Of a stretch of 64,000 bases of DNA, positions 28,088 to 38,686 are shown piece after piece (position 1 is the first letter of the stretch; each line of letters starts with the position of its first letter). This stretch comes from an uncultured Candidatus Saccharibacteria bacterium (lineage in GTDB: Bacteria; Patescibacteriota; Minisyncoccia; Phycocordibacterales; UBA918), in the NCBI GenBank assembly GCA_964350985.1, contig CAYGLK010000002.1, positions 229,406-293,405 on the forward strand, written 5' to 3'. The notes below the pieces were generated by a model that was not told where the DNA came from, searched no databases, and saw only the letters and a program-made list of their open reading frames with translations. A program made the translations under genes and the position numbers.

Positions 28088-28137
28088 AAAGTCATAATAA
28101 AAAACTCCCACTGGGGTTTTTTATTATGACTTTTTTA

Positions 28138-29109
28138 TTAGAAAGGATTACTTGCTCCTCGAACTTCAAAGTGTAGGTGAGAACCAGTTGATCTTCCTGA
28201 ATTACCAACTCCACCGATCACTTGACCCTGGCTAACATAAGCTCCGACTCCAACACTGTTACTAGAAAGGTGAGCGTATAGAGTTTGCGCTCCATTTGAG
28301 TGTTTAACTACTATGTATTGTCCGTACCCACCATTCCAACCAAGACTCTTTGAAACAATAACTTCTCCTGAGGCTGCTGCTCTAACTGCAGTCCCAGCTG
28401 CCGCGGCTAAGTCGACAGCGTTGTAACCGTGCAATCCTTGTGTCTTTATACTTCCAGGAGCTGGATGAGATAGCCAGCTTGAGCCACTATTTGAACCTGA
28501 TGATTTAGTTGGAGAAGCATAAGCCTTAGCCACTGGAGCGGTATGAATAGCTCCACCAGGAATAACTAAAGTGGTCCCAACTACCAAAGCATCGTCCGCT
28601 AATAGTTGATTATAAGAAAGAATTTCGTCTACGTCTCCATCATATTTCTTAGCTAGTGATTTAATCGTGTCACCCTTTTTGACTGTATGTCTAACTCCGG
28701 CAACTGGTAAAATGACCAACGTCTGACCAGCTCTAATACCTGTTGCTCGAGGAATATCATTTGCCCACAAGATAGTATTTGTAGTAACTCCATACATTTC
28801 AGCAATGTGAGAAAGGGTATCTCCTTCTCTAACAGTATATACACTAATCTCTCCAGTTGGATTCTTTGCTGTAGCAATAACATCTGGCCCAATCGGTCCA
28901 GGAGAAACTAAAGTGTCCTCATTTACAAAAACATCTGCTCCACCACGTCCATTAAGAGGGTTTGGATTTTGTTGTGCGGATAGAATAGAAACATCTAAAG
29001 CTGATTCTAGTCTAGGATCAATGCTTGTAAAATAATCTCTAGTCAAAGCGCTATTATCGTTATTAAAAATAACCGCTTGAACGGATATAGGTATAATAAT
29101 TACTGCCAT
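28138..29109 (-). CDS. LysM-domain M23 peptidoglycan endopeptidase
   Basis: Two LysM repeats ('GDTLSHIAEMYGV', 'GDTIKSLAKKYDG') plus M23 'HLHFEV'. Confidence 0.85.
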   Translation of the reverse strand: MAVIIIPISVQAVIFNNDNSALTRDYFTSIDPRLESALDVSILSAQQNPNPLNGRGGADVFVNEDTLVSPGPIGPDVIATAKNPTGEISVYTVREGDTLSHIAEMYGVTTNTILWANDIPRATGIRAGQTLVILPVAGVRHTVKKGDTIKSLAKKYDGDVDEILSYNQLLADDALVVGTTLVIPGGAIHTAPVAKAYASPTKSSGSNSGSSWLSHPAPGSIKTQGLHGYNAVDLAAAAGTAVRAAASGEVIVSKSLGWNGGYGQYIVVKHSNGAQTLYAHLSSNSVGVGAYVSQGQVIGGVGNSGRSTGSHLHFEVRGASNPF

Positions 29110-29512
29110 TAATAGGGCGCCTTCAATGAAGTAGCTACTCTTTGGAGAAATTACTCTATTTATTATATTCTGATTCGCCTCTTCTTTTAAACTTGAATCA
29201 GAATTTTGGTCAGTGGGTTTTATATAAGATTAATTATGGACTCGCCGCGATGCAACCGTTACGGAAAATTCAGAAATAAAAAGAGGTCTTGCGACTCTCT
29301 TTTTATTAGATCAGTACACCTTTTTTGGTATGTCGTTAATTCTACTAGAAGAGAAGTTAGGCGCAATTGACGAAAGCTACTTTTTCTTAACAATTAAATA
29401 TTAGTCAAACTAGCATTATTTAAAGCCAGATAAATGCTATTGACAACAAACTTTATATATTGCTAATTGTAAAACTAGTTTTCAATCGGCGCTCTTTAGC
29501 CTCCATGTTATA

Positions 29513-31486
29513 GTGTCACTAAATTTCTATATGCTTAATTTCCCCTACCTTGAAGGACTAAACGCCCCACAACGTGAAGCGGTTATGCAAACTGAAGGGC
29601 CTTTATTAGTCTTAGCTGGAGCTGGTTCAGGAAAAACCCGTGTAATTACTCATCGAATTGTCCATATTATTCATCAAGGAACAGCTCCTTATAATGTCTT
29701 AGCTCTCACCTTCACCAACAAAGCAGCCAAAGAGATGCGTGAACGAGTAGAACACTTGGTCAAAAAATACCCCCCTTCAGAGAGAGCGGCTTTAGACTCT
29801 CTGCCTTTAGTGACTACTTTCCACGCCTTAGGAGTCAGACTACTCCGAGAATTTCATGATCAATTAGGTTTGCCTAGGCACTTCACTATATATGACAGAG
29901 CTGACAGCGTTAGAGCAGTTAAGCAGGCGGTCGAAAAGGCTGACTACAATCCAAAAGAATTTGAACCGAAAAAAATTCTGGGAAAGATATCAAGAGCTAA
30001 AGGAGACGCGCAAAGCTTGGAAGATTTTAAACTATCAGCTTCAACCTTTCCTGACCAAGTCGCAGCTACTGTATGGGGATACTATGAAGAGATCCTTAAA
30101 GCAGAGAGCGCTCTTGATTTTGATGATCTCTTGATAAAGACTTTGAACCTCATTAAAAATAATCCTGGAGTTAGAGAGAGACTACAGTCTCGTTTTAAGT
30201 ACATACATATAGATGAGTACCAAGACACGAACGCGGTTCAGTTTTCTTTAGCTAAGCTGCTCGCTGGCACAAAGCAAAATATTTGTGTTGTTGGAGATAT
30301 CGACCAAAATATTTATTCTTGGCGTGGAGCTGACATAAAAAACGTACTTCAGTTTGAACGAGAGTTCCCAGGAGCTAAAACTATTTTACTTGAAGAAAAC
30401 TATCGCTCGACAAAAACAATCATTGCTGCCTCAAACGAAATAATTGAAAAAAATAAAAACCGGGTAGCTAAAGAAGTATTCACTAGTAACGAAGAGGGAG
30501 AGAAAATTACACTTTACGCCGCTATGACTGGTCAGGATGAAGCGGAATATGTTGCCTTGAAAGCTAAAGAGCTAATTGAAGCTGGTCAGAACCCAACCGA
30601 CATCGCTGTCTTGTATCGTACCAACTTTCAATCCAGAGCCCTGGAAGAAGCATTTTTGAATTACCAGGTTTCCTACCAGCTACTTGGAACAAAATTTTAT
30701 GAAAGAAAAGAAGTAAAAGATGTTTTGTCATATCTTCGTCTTTCTTTAAATCCAAGTAGTAATGCGGACATCGCCAGAATAATTAACGAACCAGCTCGCG
30801 GGATCGGTAAAGTAACCATGCTAAAGGTGATAGAAGGGAGACGCTCTGAACTCAAGGGAGCTATCTTAGAAAAAGTTAGTCGCTTTGATCAAATGATGTC
30901 AGATATTGGGGACGAGGCGCGGACAAAACCACTTTCTGAGACCTTAAAATTTATTATAAAAAGAACTGGTATTGAAACAGAGCTAAAAAAGAACGGAACT
31001 GAGGACGATCTCTCTCGACTAGAAAACCTACAAGAACTTGTGACACTTGGTCGCAGGTATGACGATATGTCTCCTGAAGAAGCGATCGAAGCCTTGATCG
31101 AAACAGCAGCTCTACAAAGCGACCAAGACGAACTAAAAGATAAAGAAGAACAAGACGCTGTCAGACTGATGACGATACACTCGGCCAAGGGACTGGAGTT
31201 TCCCTATGTCTTTATTTGCGGCCTAGAAGAAGGCTTATTTCCTCACGAGAGGCTAGACGATACTGGGATTGACCACGAAGAAGAGCGTCGCTTATTCTAT
31301 GTCGCCATCACTCGCGCTGCTAAAAAACTCTTTTTAACCTACGCCCACTTACGTACTATTTATGGTAGCCAAAGGGTAAATTTACCCTCATCTTTCTTAA
31401 ACGACATTAGTACTAAATACGTTGAAGGAGGCAACCCGGCTGACGCAGCTTCATCTGGATACGAGACAACTATTTTTCTTGATTAA
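29513..31486 (+). CDS. UvrD/PcrA-type ATP-dependent DNA helicase
   Basis: 'LAGAGSGKTRVITHRI' Walker A and the SF1 helicase motif series 'TFHALG' and 'VGDIDQNIYSWRGA'. Confidence 0.9.
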   Translation: MSLNFYMLNFPYLEGLNAPQREAVMQTEGPLLVLAGAGSGKTRVITHRIVHIIHQGTAPYNVLALTFTNKAAKEMRERVEHLVKKYPPSERAALDSLPLVTTFHALGVRLLREFHDQLGLPRHFTIYDRADSVRAVKQAVEKADYNPKEFEPKKILGKISRAKGDAQSLEDFKLSASTFPDQVAATVWGYYEEILKAESALDFDDLLIKTLNLIKNNPGVRERLQSRFKYIHIDEYQDTNAVQFSLAKLLAGTKQNICVVGDIDQNIYSWRGADIKNVLQFEREFPGAKTILLEENYRSTKTIIAASNEIIEKNKNRVAKEVFTSNEEGEKITLYAAMTGQDEAEYVALKAKELIEAGQNPTDIAVLYRTNFQSRALEEAFLNYQVSYQLLGTKFYERKEVKDVLSYLRLSLNPSSNADIARIINEPARGIGKVTMLKVIEGRRSELKGAILEKVSRFDQMMSDIGDEARTKPLSETLKFIIKRTGIETELKKNGTEDDLSRLENLQELVTLGRRYDDMSPEEAIEALIETAALQSDQDELKDKEEQDAVRLMTIHSAKGLEFPYVFICGLEEGLFPHERLDDTGIDHEEERRLFYVAITRAAKKLFLTYAHLRTIYGSQRVNLPSSFLNDISTKYVEGGNPADAASSGYETTIFLD

Positions 31487-31573
31487 GGAGTTCGTTTAAA
31501 CTGTTTCTTGAATTTCATTTATTAAACCTAATAATGCCTTGCTCTTTTGTCTGCATCTTAGTATGCTCGCTAG

Positions 31574-32425
31574 ATGAAAAGAAGGTTTCCAAAAAAAGAA
31601 TCTGACAGCAGGCCTAACCCGGAGGGGGAGGGTAAGTTTGTGCACAAGCGTTCTTTGGGACAAAATTTCTTAACTAGTGACATTGTCCCAGGCTGGATGG
31701 TAGATGCAGCTAAAGTTGCATCAACAGATACTGTTCTTGAAATTGGGCCGGGTACCGGGAGACTAACAACAGCTTTACTTAAAACTGGAGCAAAAGTGCT
31801 CGCCGTTGAGGCTGATGGTAGAGCTATTGGTGAGTTAAATAAAACTTTTGAGAAAGAGATTGAAAGCAGGCAGCTAACTATTCATCATGGGGATGCTCGC
31901 GAGATCACTCCGACAACTCTAGGTCTAAAAGATAAAGGTTTTAAAGTAGTGGCAAACATCCCTTATTACTTGTCTGGTTTTTTACTAAGGTCACTACTGG
32001 AAAATGAGATCCAGCCAAGTAATTTAACGTTTTTAATTCAGAAGGAACTAGCGGTACGAATTGCTCGCGATAAAAAAGAATCCATTTTGGCTTTATCTGT
32101 AAAGGTTTTTGGTGAACCACACCTTTTTAAAAACGTCAGTCCCGGACATTTTCATCCTATGCCTAAGGTAGATTCCGCTATTTTAGCTATTGCAAATATC
32201 AATCGGGAAAATTTTAAACAAATCACTCCAACACAATTTTTTGAAGTGATTCATCTTGGTCTCGGTAAAAAAAGAAAGCAATTACTGGCTAATCTGAGTG
32301 AAAAATACGCCAGATCAAAGCTAGAAGGGAGCTTTGCTGAATTAAATTTATCACCCACCATACGGGGGGAAGATGTCTCTTTAGCAGACTGGCTCAAGCT
32401 CACAGAAATTTTAGAAAAAAGGTAA
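31574..32425 (+). CDS. rsmA: 16S rRNA (adenine1518/1519-N6)-dimethyltransferase
   Basis: 'SLGQNFLTS' and 'VLEIGPGTGRLT' are KsgA motifs. Confidence 0.85.
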   Translation: MKRRFPKKESDSRPNPEGEGKFVHKRSLGQNFLTSDIVPGWMVDAAKVASTDTVLEIGPGTGRLTTALLKTGAKVLAVEADGRAIGELNKTFEKEIESRQLTIHHGDAREITPTTLGLKDKGFKVVANIPYYLSGFLLRSLLENEIQPSNLTFLIQKELAVRIARDKKESILALSVKVFGEPHLFKNVSPGHFHPMPKVDSAILAIANINRENFKQITPTQFFEVIHLGLGKKRKQLLANLSEKYARSKLEGSFAELNLSPTIRGEDVSLADWLKLTEILEKR

Positions 32426-32503
32426 AGTTTGAAAGTGGTTTTAAGAGGTAAACTATGAACACTCTTAGGGAAAAAGGGCTTTCATTACTGCTATAATAAA
32501 CAC

Positions 32504-33394
32504 ATGGTAAACCAATCTAATTCAAAGGTTGTTGGCGCTTTTGTGGTGGGCTTGAGCCTCGTTACTGGCGCTTATGTTTTGAATAATTTTGGTCAAAACT
32601 ATTCTCCAACAACCACTCCTCAATCAATCACTACAGTTGAGGCTCCGCTTCGTATGCCTATCCCGGTTTCTGATACCAATAATGACGGCATCGAAGATTG
32701 GCAAGAGGAGTTTGTTAGCACTAATATAGTAAATGTTCAAAACGGATCAGATTCCTACCTAGCACCCGAGACTTTGACAGGAAAGATAGGAGTTTCTTTT
32801 ATTGAGGAAATTATCCTCGCTAAAGGATATGAAGAATTTGGTCCTTCAACTGAAGAAGTTATCGATAGTACTGTTAATACTATTATTAAATCGACCGAGG
32901 ATAAAATTTATGATATTAAAGAAATAACTATCATAAAAACTACCGACAGCGGGAGCGTCCGCGCATATGCTAATGCCCATGCTAGCGCTCTAATTGATAA
33001 CAACGTTCCTGATCTTCGTGACCCCCTTGTAATTTTAAAGGAAGTTGTTGATGGAAAAACTGATCCTGGATTAAAGGAACTTGAAACGCTGAGCGAAGTC
33101 TATCGTAAAATCCGTGACTCAGTTTTAAGAATCCCAGTTCCTTCTACTCTAGCCAAAGAACACTTGGACTTAATTAATATTTACAACGCTCTACATGAAG
33201 ATCTGAAGGGAATGGGCAAGTCTGGAGAAGATCCTCTTGTGGCCTTAGTCCGACTTAGACGTTATGAGGATGACACCTTGGCTTTAGGTTTGGCTTTGCA
33301 AAATTTAGGCAGAACCCTAAAAAAATATAATTTTGAATATACCGAAAGTGATCCTTCTGTTGTATTTCTAGCTTTCATCCTAAATTCACAATAA
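32504..33394 (+). CDS. hypothetical exported protein (first gene of T4SS-containing operon)
   Basis: N-terminal anchor 'VVGAFVVGLSLVTGAYVL'. No known domain. Confidence 0.45.
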   Translation: MVNQSNSKVVGAFVVGLSLVTGAYVLNNFGQNYSPTTTPQSITTVEAPLRMPIPVSDTNNDGIEDWQEEFVSTNIVNVQNGSDSYLAPETLTGKIGVSFIEEIILAKGYEEFGPSTEEVIDSTVNTIIKSTEDKIYDIKEITIIKTTDSGSVRAYANAHASALIDNNVPDLRDPLVILKEVVDGKTDPGLKELETLSEVYRKIRDSVLRIPVPSTLAKEHLDLINIYNALHEDLKGMGKSGEDPLVALVRLRRYEDDTLALGLALQNLGRTLKKYNFEYTESDPSVVFLAFILNSQ

Positions 33395-33398
33395 TTTT

Positions 33399-34841
33399 AT
33401 GAGCTTACTACACTACCTAACTCAACGATTCCTAATTTCTGGCTTTATTTTAAGTTTTGTTTTTGTCTCACTTTACACACCACTGCCGTCTAATACATTG
33501 AATACTGCCGAAGCAGCATATCCGGTCTTTGATGCTGCTGCAGAAATACAACTAACTACTGCCAATACTAACTTAGTAACGACAAATGCCGCTTTAAAGG
33601 CTGGTTTTGGTTCTTTAATAAAACTCGAAACAAGTGAAGAATCTAAAAGTCTGTTTGCTGACGGTATTGCTTGGGCTTTAGCAAAACAGGTGGTGTCAGC
33701 CATTACGTCTAGTATTGTTAGTTGGATTAATTCCGGCTTTCAAGGCAAACCCGTTTTTGTTCAGGATCTAGGTGGATTTTTAACTGGTATTGCCGATGAT
33801 ACTGCCGGTCTTTACCTACAAGAATTGGGTGGGCCTTTATCATTCCTTTGTTCTCCATTTAAGCTCGACATCCAAATTGCTCTCTCTTTCGCCTACGCCA
33901 GAGAGAGGAATGGACATCTTTATGGCTCTTGTACTTTAACTGGAGCCTTGTCCAACCTTGAAAGCTTTATTGATGGTGATTTTGCTAGTGGAGGCTGGGA
34001 TGCTTGGTTTAGTGTTACTTCCCAGCCGGAGCTCTACACTCCTTATGGAAGTATGATGGCAGCTAAAGAACAGCTGGATAGACGGGTTAGTGAAAAAACT
34101 GGCGAAGAAAGAAATCTTTTAAGTTTTGGCTCCGGTTTCTTATCAACAAAAAAATGTACCTCCCCGGATGATTCTCAGGGAGGAGGACCACCTGATTGTA
34201 GAATTGTTACCCCTGGCCAGACAATCAGCGAATCTTTAAGCTTTCAACTTTCAACAGGACAAAGGTCACTAATTAGTGCTGATGAAATTGATGAAATCAT
34301 TGGTGCTTTGATTGGAGCCTTAGCCCAGAAGGCTATAACAGAAGGTTTGAGTTCTCTTAGTGGTGGAAGTGGATCAGGCAGTGGTAGCAGCGCAGGCAGT
34401 TCTTACTTAACTGAATTACAAAGTGAGGCAGCTAACTTTGATCGCTTCCGAGAGCAAGTTTTAGACAGCATTGCTCTACTGGAACTATATATTGATGAAG
34501 CATTATTTTATAAACCTCTTCTCCTAGATTTTGCTAATAATTCAAACAATAATTCACGTCGTCGGGAGGCTGCCTTAGCTGAGGTCAATGAAATTGATTT
34601 GGACTTAATTGAAGCGGACGAGACAATTGAGGAGTTAGAAAGGCTACTAGATCAAATTGAGTTTGGACTGACACCAGAATCCGCTGGCTCAATATCTAGA
34701 ATCTATATGTCTCTTCCGCTACATTCACAAAATAGTATAGATTTTGCTATAGACGCATGGGAATCTTTAATTGCTCCAGATAATAATGACAGCGGCTCTG
34801 GCGGATCATCAAACTCAACCTCAACCTTCCCAGGAGGTTAA
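33399..34841 (+). CDS. hypothetical membrane-anchored protein with Gly/Ser linker
   Basis: N-terminal TM, 'SGGSGSGSGSSAGSS' linker and an acidic C-terminus. Confidence 0.45.
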   Translation: MSLLHYLTQRFLISGFILSFVFVSLYTPLPSNTLNTAEAAYPVFDAAAEIQLTTANTNLVTTNAALKAGFGSLIKLETSEESKSLFADGIAWALAKQVVSAITSSIVSWINSGFQGKPVFVQDLGGFLTGIADDTAGLYLQELGGPLSFLCSPFKLDIQIALSFAYARERNGHLYGSCTLTGALSNLESFIDGDFASGGWDAWFSVTSQPELYTPYGSMMAAKEQLDRRVSEKTGEERNLLSFGSGFLSTKKCTSPDDSQGGGPPDCRIVTPGQTISESLSFQLSTGQRSLISADEIDEIIGALIGALAQKAITEGLSSLSGGSGSGSGSSAGSSYLTELQSEAANFDRFREQVLDSIALLELYIDEALFYKPLLLDFANNSNNNSRRREAALAEVNEIDLDLIEADETIEELERLLDQIEFGLTPESAGSISRIYMSLPLHSQNSIDFAIDAWESLIAPDNNDSGSGGSSNSTSTFPGG

Positions 34842-34847
34842 TAATTC

Positions 34848-37025
34848 ATGAATTGGTTTAGACAAAACAAAAATAAAGTTCTCTCACTGTCTTTTTTGGT
34901 GATTATTTTTTCATTTTTACCTCAAGTTGCTGACGCCCAACTTGCTATTGTTAAAGAATATTACGTAAGCGTGGCTTGGACATTTGTTAATACCGTTTTT
35001 GGTTGGATGCTTTGGGCTGGGGGAGTCCTTATAAACTACAGTGTGACAACTTTTGTAGTAGGTTTTGGTTCTTTCTATGTAAACTCAGGAATAGGCGAAG
35101 CTGTCAATACATTATGGGGAAAGGTACGTGACATTTTTAACCTCACTTTTATCTTTGGGTTAGTCTACATTGGTTTTAAGATGATCTTAGACAGCAGCGA
35201 CAGTAGTGCCAAAAAAATGCTGGGATCTCTCTTAATCGCTGCGCTTTTGGTGAACTTTAGCCTTTTTATCACCAAGTCAGTAGTGGATTTTTCTAACATT
35301 GCCGCTAAGCAATTTGCGGAACCATTTCTGGTAGTCAACAATGCCGGCAAAGAAGAATATGAGATTTCAAGCAAATTCATGGAATTACTTGGCCTGACGA
35401 GTATCATTTCTTTTGAGTTTTTTGACGCTCCAGAGAAAGCTGGTTTTGGTTATGTCTTTGGCACAGCTTATCTTTATATTATTGGAGCCTTTGTTTTTGG
35501 CGCCGGGGGTATTTTGTTACTCATTCGTTTTATAGTACTGAATATTTATATGCTTTTGTCTCCTTTAATGTTTCTCGGGTTTGTTTTTCCGGGCTTAATG
35601 AGTATTTCCAAACAATACTGGACCGGCTTCCTAAAACGTGCTTTTTTTGCCCCCGCTTATCTTCTGATGATTTACTTTTCCGCTCAGATTCTGGCAAACT
35701 TAAGTCGTTTTGTTGGAGTTGATAATGATTACTCCGCTGCTTTTGTAGCGAGTAGTGACTTAGGTGCGACTGCAGCTGCTACTTTTGAAGGAACTATTGT
35801 TTATTTTATGATTATCTGCGGTTTTTTAATCGCTTCTTTAATTGTGGCCAATAAACTAGGTGTTCATGGTGCCAGTACAGCTATCTCACTTGGTAAAAAA
35901 GGTTCAGCCTGGGCCAGAAGAAAAACCATCACTAACGCTAGGGGTGCCGTTTTTGTGGGTGCCCGGGCAGGACTTGACGCTGCAGCCAAAGACAACGGAA
36001 AGCGTTACAGTAGTAAAACTAAAAATTTCCTTAGAGGAGGGACTAGGATGGCGGCCAGAAGTGCTACTCTACTTGGGGCTAGAGATGGACTAGACTCACT
36101 AGCTAAGCCGTATGACGAAAGTTCTGCTGATTGGAAGAAAAAAGTGGCGGGATTAAATCAACGTGACAAAGAAGCTCGCGATGAAGAAACAATTGCAGAG
36201 GGTCAACGCGGAGCAGATGAGCTTGCTGTTATTAGAGCAGCTCAAAAAGCCAAAACTTCAACTTCTGCACAAGACGCTAGACTACCAGACCTAGAGAAAG
36301 CTGAAGCAGCGATGTTGTCTGTTATTGCTGGGATGGCTACTAGTCAGCTAGAAAATATGTCAGCTAGTGACATAGCCAAGATCGCACCAAATCTTACCAG
36401 TTCACAAATCGAGAATGTCTTAAAGAGCGACAAGGTGGATCCTGCGATTAAATCAAAGCTTCTAAAGACTCGCATCGACGCTATTACTGGAAAAATTACG
36501 GCTACAAATGCTGCTGGTGTAAAAGTACTTCGCATCAAAGAATTAACTGCCCTTAGTACTGATGAAATCGAAACCTTGGGTGATGAGTGGATTAGGAAAA
36601 ACGCAGCATTATTATCAAATACACAAATGGAAGACCTGAAGAAGAGTAAGAAATTCACGGAAGGTCAAAAAAACAGCTACGCTTCTATTCGATCGACAAC
36701 ACACAAAAATTTGGTTGATTCTGGAACTACATCCGAAATAGCTGCACTATTTAGAAATAATGACGGAGTACCTTCTAAGGGAATAAAAGCTACTGACAGG
36801 AAACCTAAAGAAGTAGCTAATCTTGGGAAAGATGTTTTGACAAATGATAAGTCTCTTCCTTTCCTTACGGGCGGTATATTAAATGAAATTGCTAAAAATG
36901 AAACCCTATTGCAACCAGATCGTGCTGCTCTAAGAAAGAAAATCGAAGATACTTCATACTCTGGAGCAAACAAGACTGAATTACAGGAATACTTTAAATC
37001 TTCTCACGGACAAAGACACTGGTAA
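34848..37025 (+). CDS. polytopic membrane protein, VirB6/TrbL-like (PrgH/TcpH-like) with long hydrophilic C-terminal extension
   Basis: More than 6 predicted TM helices in the first ~330 aa, then a ~390-aa soluble tail. Sits in a T4SS context. Confidence 0.5.
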   Translation: MNWFRQNKNKVLSLSFLVIIFSFLPQVADAQLAIVKEYYVSVAWTFVNTVFGWMLWAGGVLINYSVTTFVVGFGSFYVNSGIGEAVNTLWGKVRDIFNLTFIFGLVYIGFKMILDSSDSSAKKMLGSLLIAALLVNFSLFITKSVVDFSNIAAKQFAEPFLVVNNAGKEEYEISSKFMELLGLTSIISFEFFDAPEKAGFGYVFGTAYLYIIGAFVFGAGGILLLIRFIVLNIYMLLSPLMFLGFVFPGLMSISKQYWTGFLKRAFFAPAYLLMIYFSAQILANLSRFVGVDNDYSAAFVASSDLGATAAATFEGTIVYFMIICGFLIASLIVANKLGVHGASTAISLGKKGSAWARRKTITNARGAVFVGARAGLDAAAKDNGKRYSSKTKNFLRGGTRMAARSATLLGARDGLDSLAKPYDESSADWKKKVAGLNQRDKEARDEETIAEGQRGADELAVIRAAQKAKTSTSAQDARLPDLEKAEAAMLSVIAGMATSQLENMSASDIAKIAPNLTSSQIENVLKSDKVDPAIKSKLLKTRIDAITGKITATNAAGVKVLRIKELTALSTDEIETLGDEWIRKNAALLSNTQMEDLKKSKKFTEGQKNSYASIRSTTHKNLVDSGTTSEIAALFRNNDGVPSKGIKATDRKPKEVANLGKDVLTNDKSLPFLTGGILNEIAKNETLLQPDRAALRKKIEDTSYSGANKTELQEYFKSSHGQRHW

Positions 37026-37028
37026 AAT

Positions 37029-37535
37029 ATGAAAATATCTAACGAACAATTTGATGAAGCTTACGAAAAAGCCACCCCTGCTCAGCAATACCTGTGCTCC
37101 TATTCAGGTGGTCAACTGCTAAGTATCGCAAATAAATATAATTTAAACGAAGAAGAATATAAAAATTTGGCCATAACTATTGGTGACGTGGTACTTGGTT
37201 TTTTTCCAAAAACCGAGCTACCTAACCTTTTGGTTAATGAAGTTGGTTTAAACGAAACGAACGCCTTTAAAATAACTGGAGAGTTAATGGATTTTTTCAA
37301 TCCCTTGACTGATCCAAGTTGGCAACCGCCCAAAAATAATACAGAAAATGATTTGGAGGAGGTTGGGCTGTCAGTCCAAGAAGAAATTGCTGAAGCTGAA
37401 GCTGCCTTAAAGTCACTACGAACCATGGCTGATGACGAACTAGCAGCAATAGACTCAGAAAAAGTACACCCTAGCCAGCAAGCGGACCTACTCAACAAAG
37501 AAAGCGGCCCTTCTCCTCGTTGGGGGAGCGGGTAA
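37029..37535 (+). CDS. hypothetical protein
   Basis: 168 aa, acidic, no motif. Confidence 0.4.
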   Translation: MKISNEQFDEAYEKATPAQQYLCSYSGGQLLSIANKYNLNEEEYKNLAITIGDVVLGFFPKTELPNLLVNEVGLNETNAFKITGELMDFFNPLTDPSWQPPKNNTENDLEEVGLSVQEEIAEAEAALKSLRTMADDELAAIDSEKVHPSQQADLLNKESGPSPRWGSG

Positions 37536-37536
37536 T

Positions 37537-37570
37537 AAAAAAACGAAAGCCTATGCAGCTTTCGTTTTTT
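37537..37570 (+). terminator. Rho-independent terminator
   Basis: aaaaaaacgaaagc-ctatgca-gctttcgtttttt. Confidence 0.7.
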
Positions 37571-37620
37571 ATTCCACGTCAATTAACCCTGACTACTTCT
37601 CTAACGTGTATAATGAGTAG

Positions 37621-38040
37621 ATGCAATTTGAAGTACCTCAGTTTATTGAAATTGAAGACAAAATCTTTGGGCCATTGACTTGGAGGCAATTTCTTTATAT
37701 TGGCGGCGGTGTTGGTATGGGTGTGGTTTTATTTTTTACCACCAATTTTATAATTTTCCTAATCATTGGACTACCTTTGGCACTTTTGGCTGGAGCTTTG
37801 GCTTTTTACCCAGTTAATAATCGTCCTTTTTCCTACTTCCTCGAATCTTTAATTGGCTACTTTAGAAGAAAGAAACTCTACCTTTGGAGACAAAAAAAAG
37901 CGGAAGTACATAAATATAATTTTACCCCAAGTCAAATACCTCACCAAAACCCTCTAAATGTTAGTCATCAAGCATCCCAAAAAAATGTTGCCTCAATGGC
38001 TCGCCGTCTAGAATTAGAAGCTCTACAAAAAAAAGATTAA
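37621..38040 (+). CDS. PrgI/VirB3-like small T4SS membrane protein
   Basis: 'VPQFIEIEDKIFGPLTWRQFLYIGGG' followed by two TM helices, the typical PrgI-family arrangement upstream of VirB4. Confidence 0.55.
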   Translation: MQFEVPQFIEIEDKIFGPLTWRQFLYIGGGVGMGVVLFFTTNFIIFLIIGLPLALLAGALAFYPVNNRPFSYFLESLIGYFRRKKLYLWRQKKAEVHKYNFTPSQIPHQNPLNVSHQASQKNVASMARRLELEALQKKD

Positions 38041-38041
38041 C

Positions 38042-38677
38042 ATGCCAAAAGCTACTCCAGCCTCACAAGATTTTGTTACCATCAAAGACATTAAAGATGG
38101 TGTTGTTATTCTAAAAAGTGGCCAAATGTGTTCTGTTCTTTTAGCTTCTTCCATCAACTTTGCTCTTAAATCTAGTGACGAACAACAAGCGATCTTACAC
38201 AACTTTCAGAGTTTTTTAAACACTTTAGATTTCTCACTACAGATCTATATCCAATCAAGAAGGTTAAATATTGAGCCTTACTTGTCTCTTTTGGCCACTA
38301 GAGAAGACCAACAAGACAACGACCTGATGCGGATCCAACTCCGTGAATACATAGAATTTATTCGTAGCTTTACAGAAGAAGTAGATGTGATGAGTAAAAA
38401 CTTCTTTTTAGTAATCCCTTACACACCATCTCCAGTCAATCTCACTCGAGGAATCACAAATTTTTTTACACCTGGAAAACAAAAAGCCGCCCCGGCCGAC
38501 TTACAATTTGATGTCCAACGGATCCAACTAGAGCAACGTGTCGCCATTGTCGAACAGGGCTTATCCAGAGTGGGTGTAAGAACTATTAAGCTAAAAAATG
38601 AAGACTTAGTGGAGCTTTATTACCATATCTACAACCCAACTGACCCTACAGGTTCAGCTCCAATGGGTAATAATTAA
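38042..38677 (+). CDS. hypothetical T4SS-associated protein
   Basis: 211 aa. It is separated from virB4 by two consecutive in-frame TAA stops. Confidence 0.45.
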   Translation: MPKATPASQDFVTIKDIKDGVVILKSGQMCSVLLASSINFALKSSDEQQAILHNFQSFLNTLDFSLQIYIQSRRLNIEPYLSLLATREDQQDNDLMRIQLREYIEFIRSFTEEVDVMSKNFFLVIPYTPSPVNLTRGITNFFTPGKQKAAPADLQFDVQRIQLEQRVAIVEQGLSRVGVRTIKLKNEDLVELYYHIYNPTDPTGSAPMGNN

Positions 38678-38686
38678 TAAAAACAT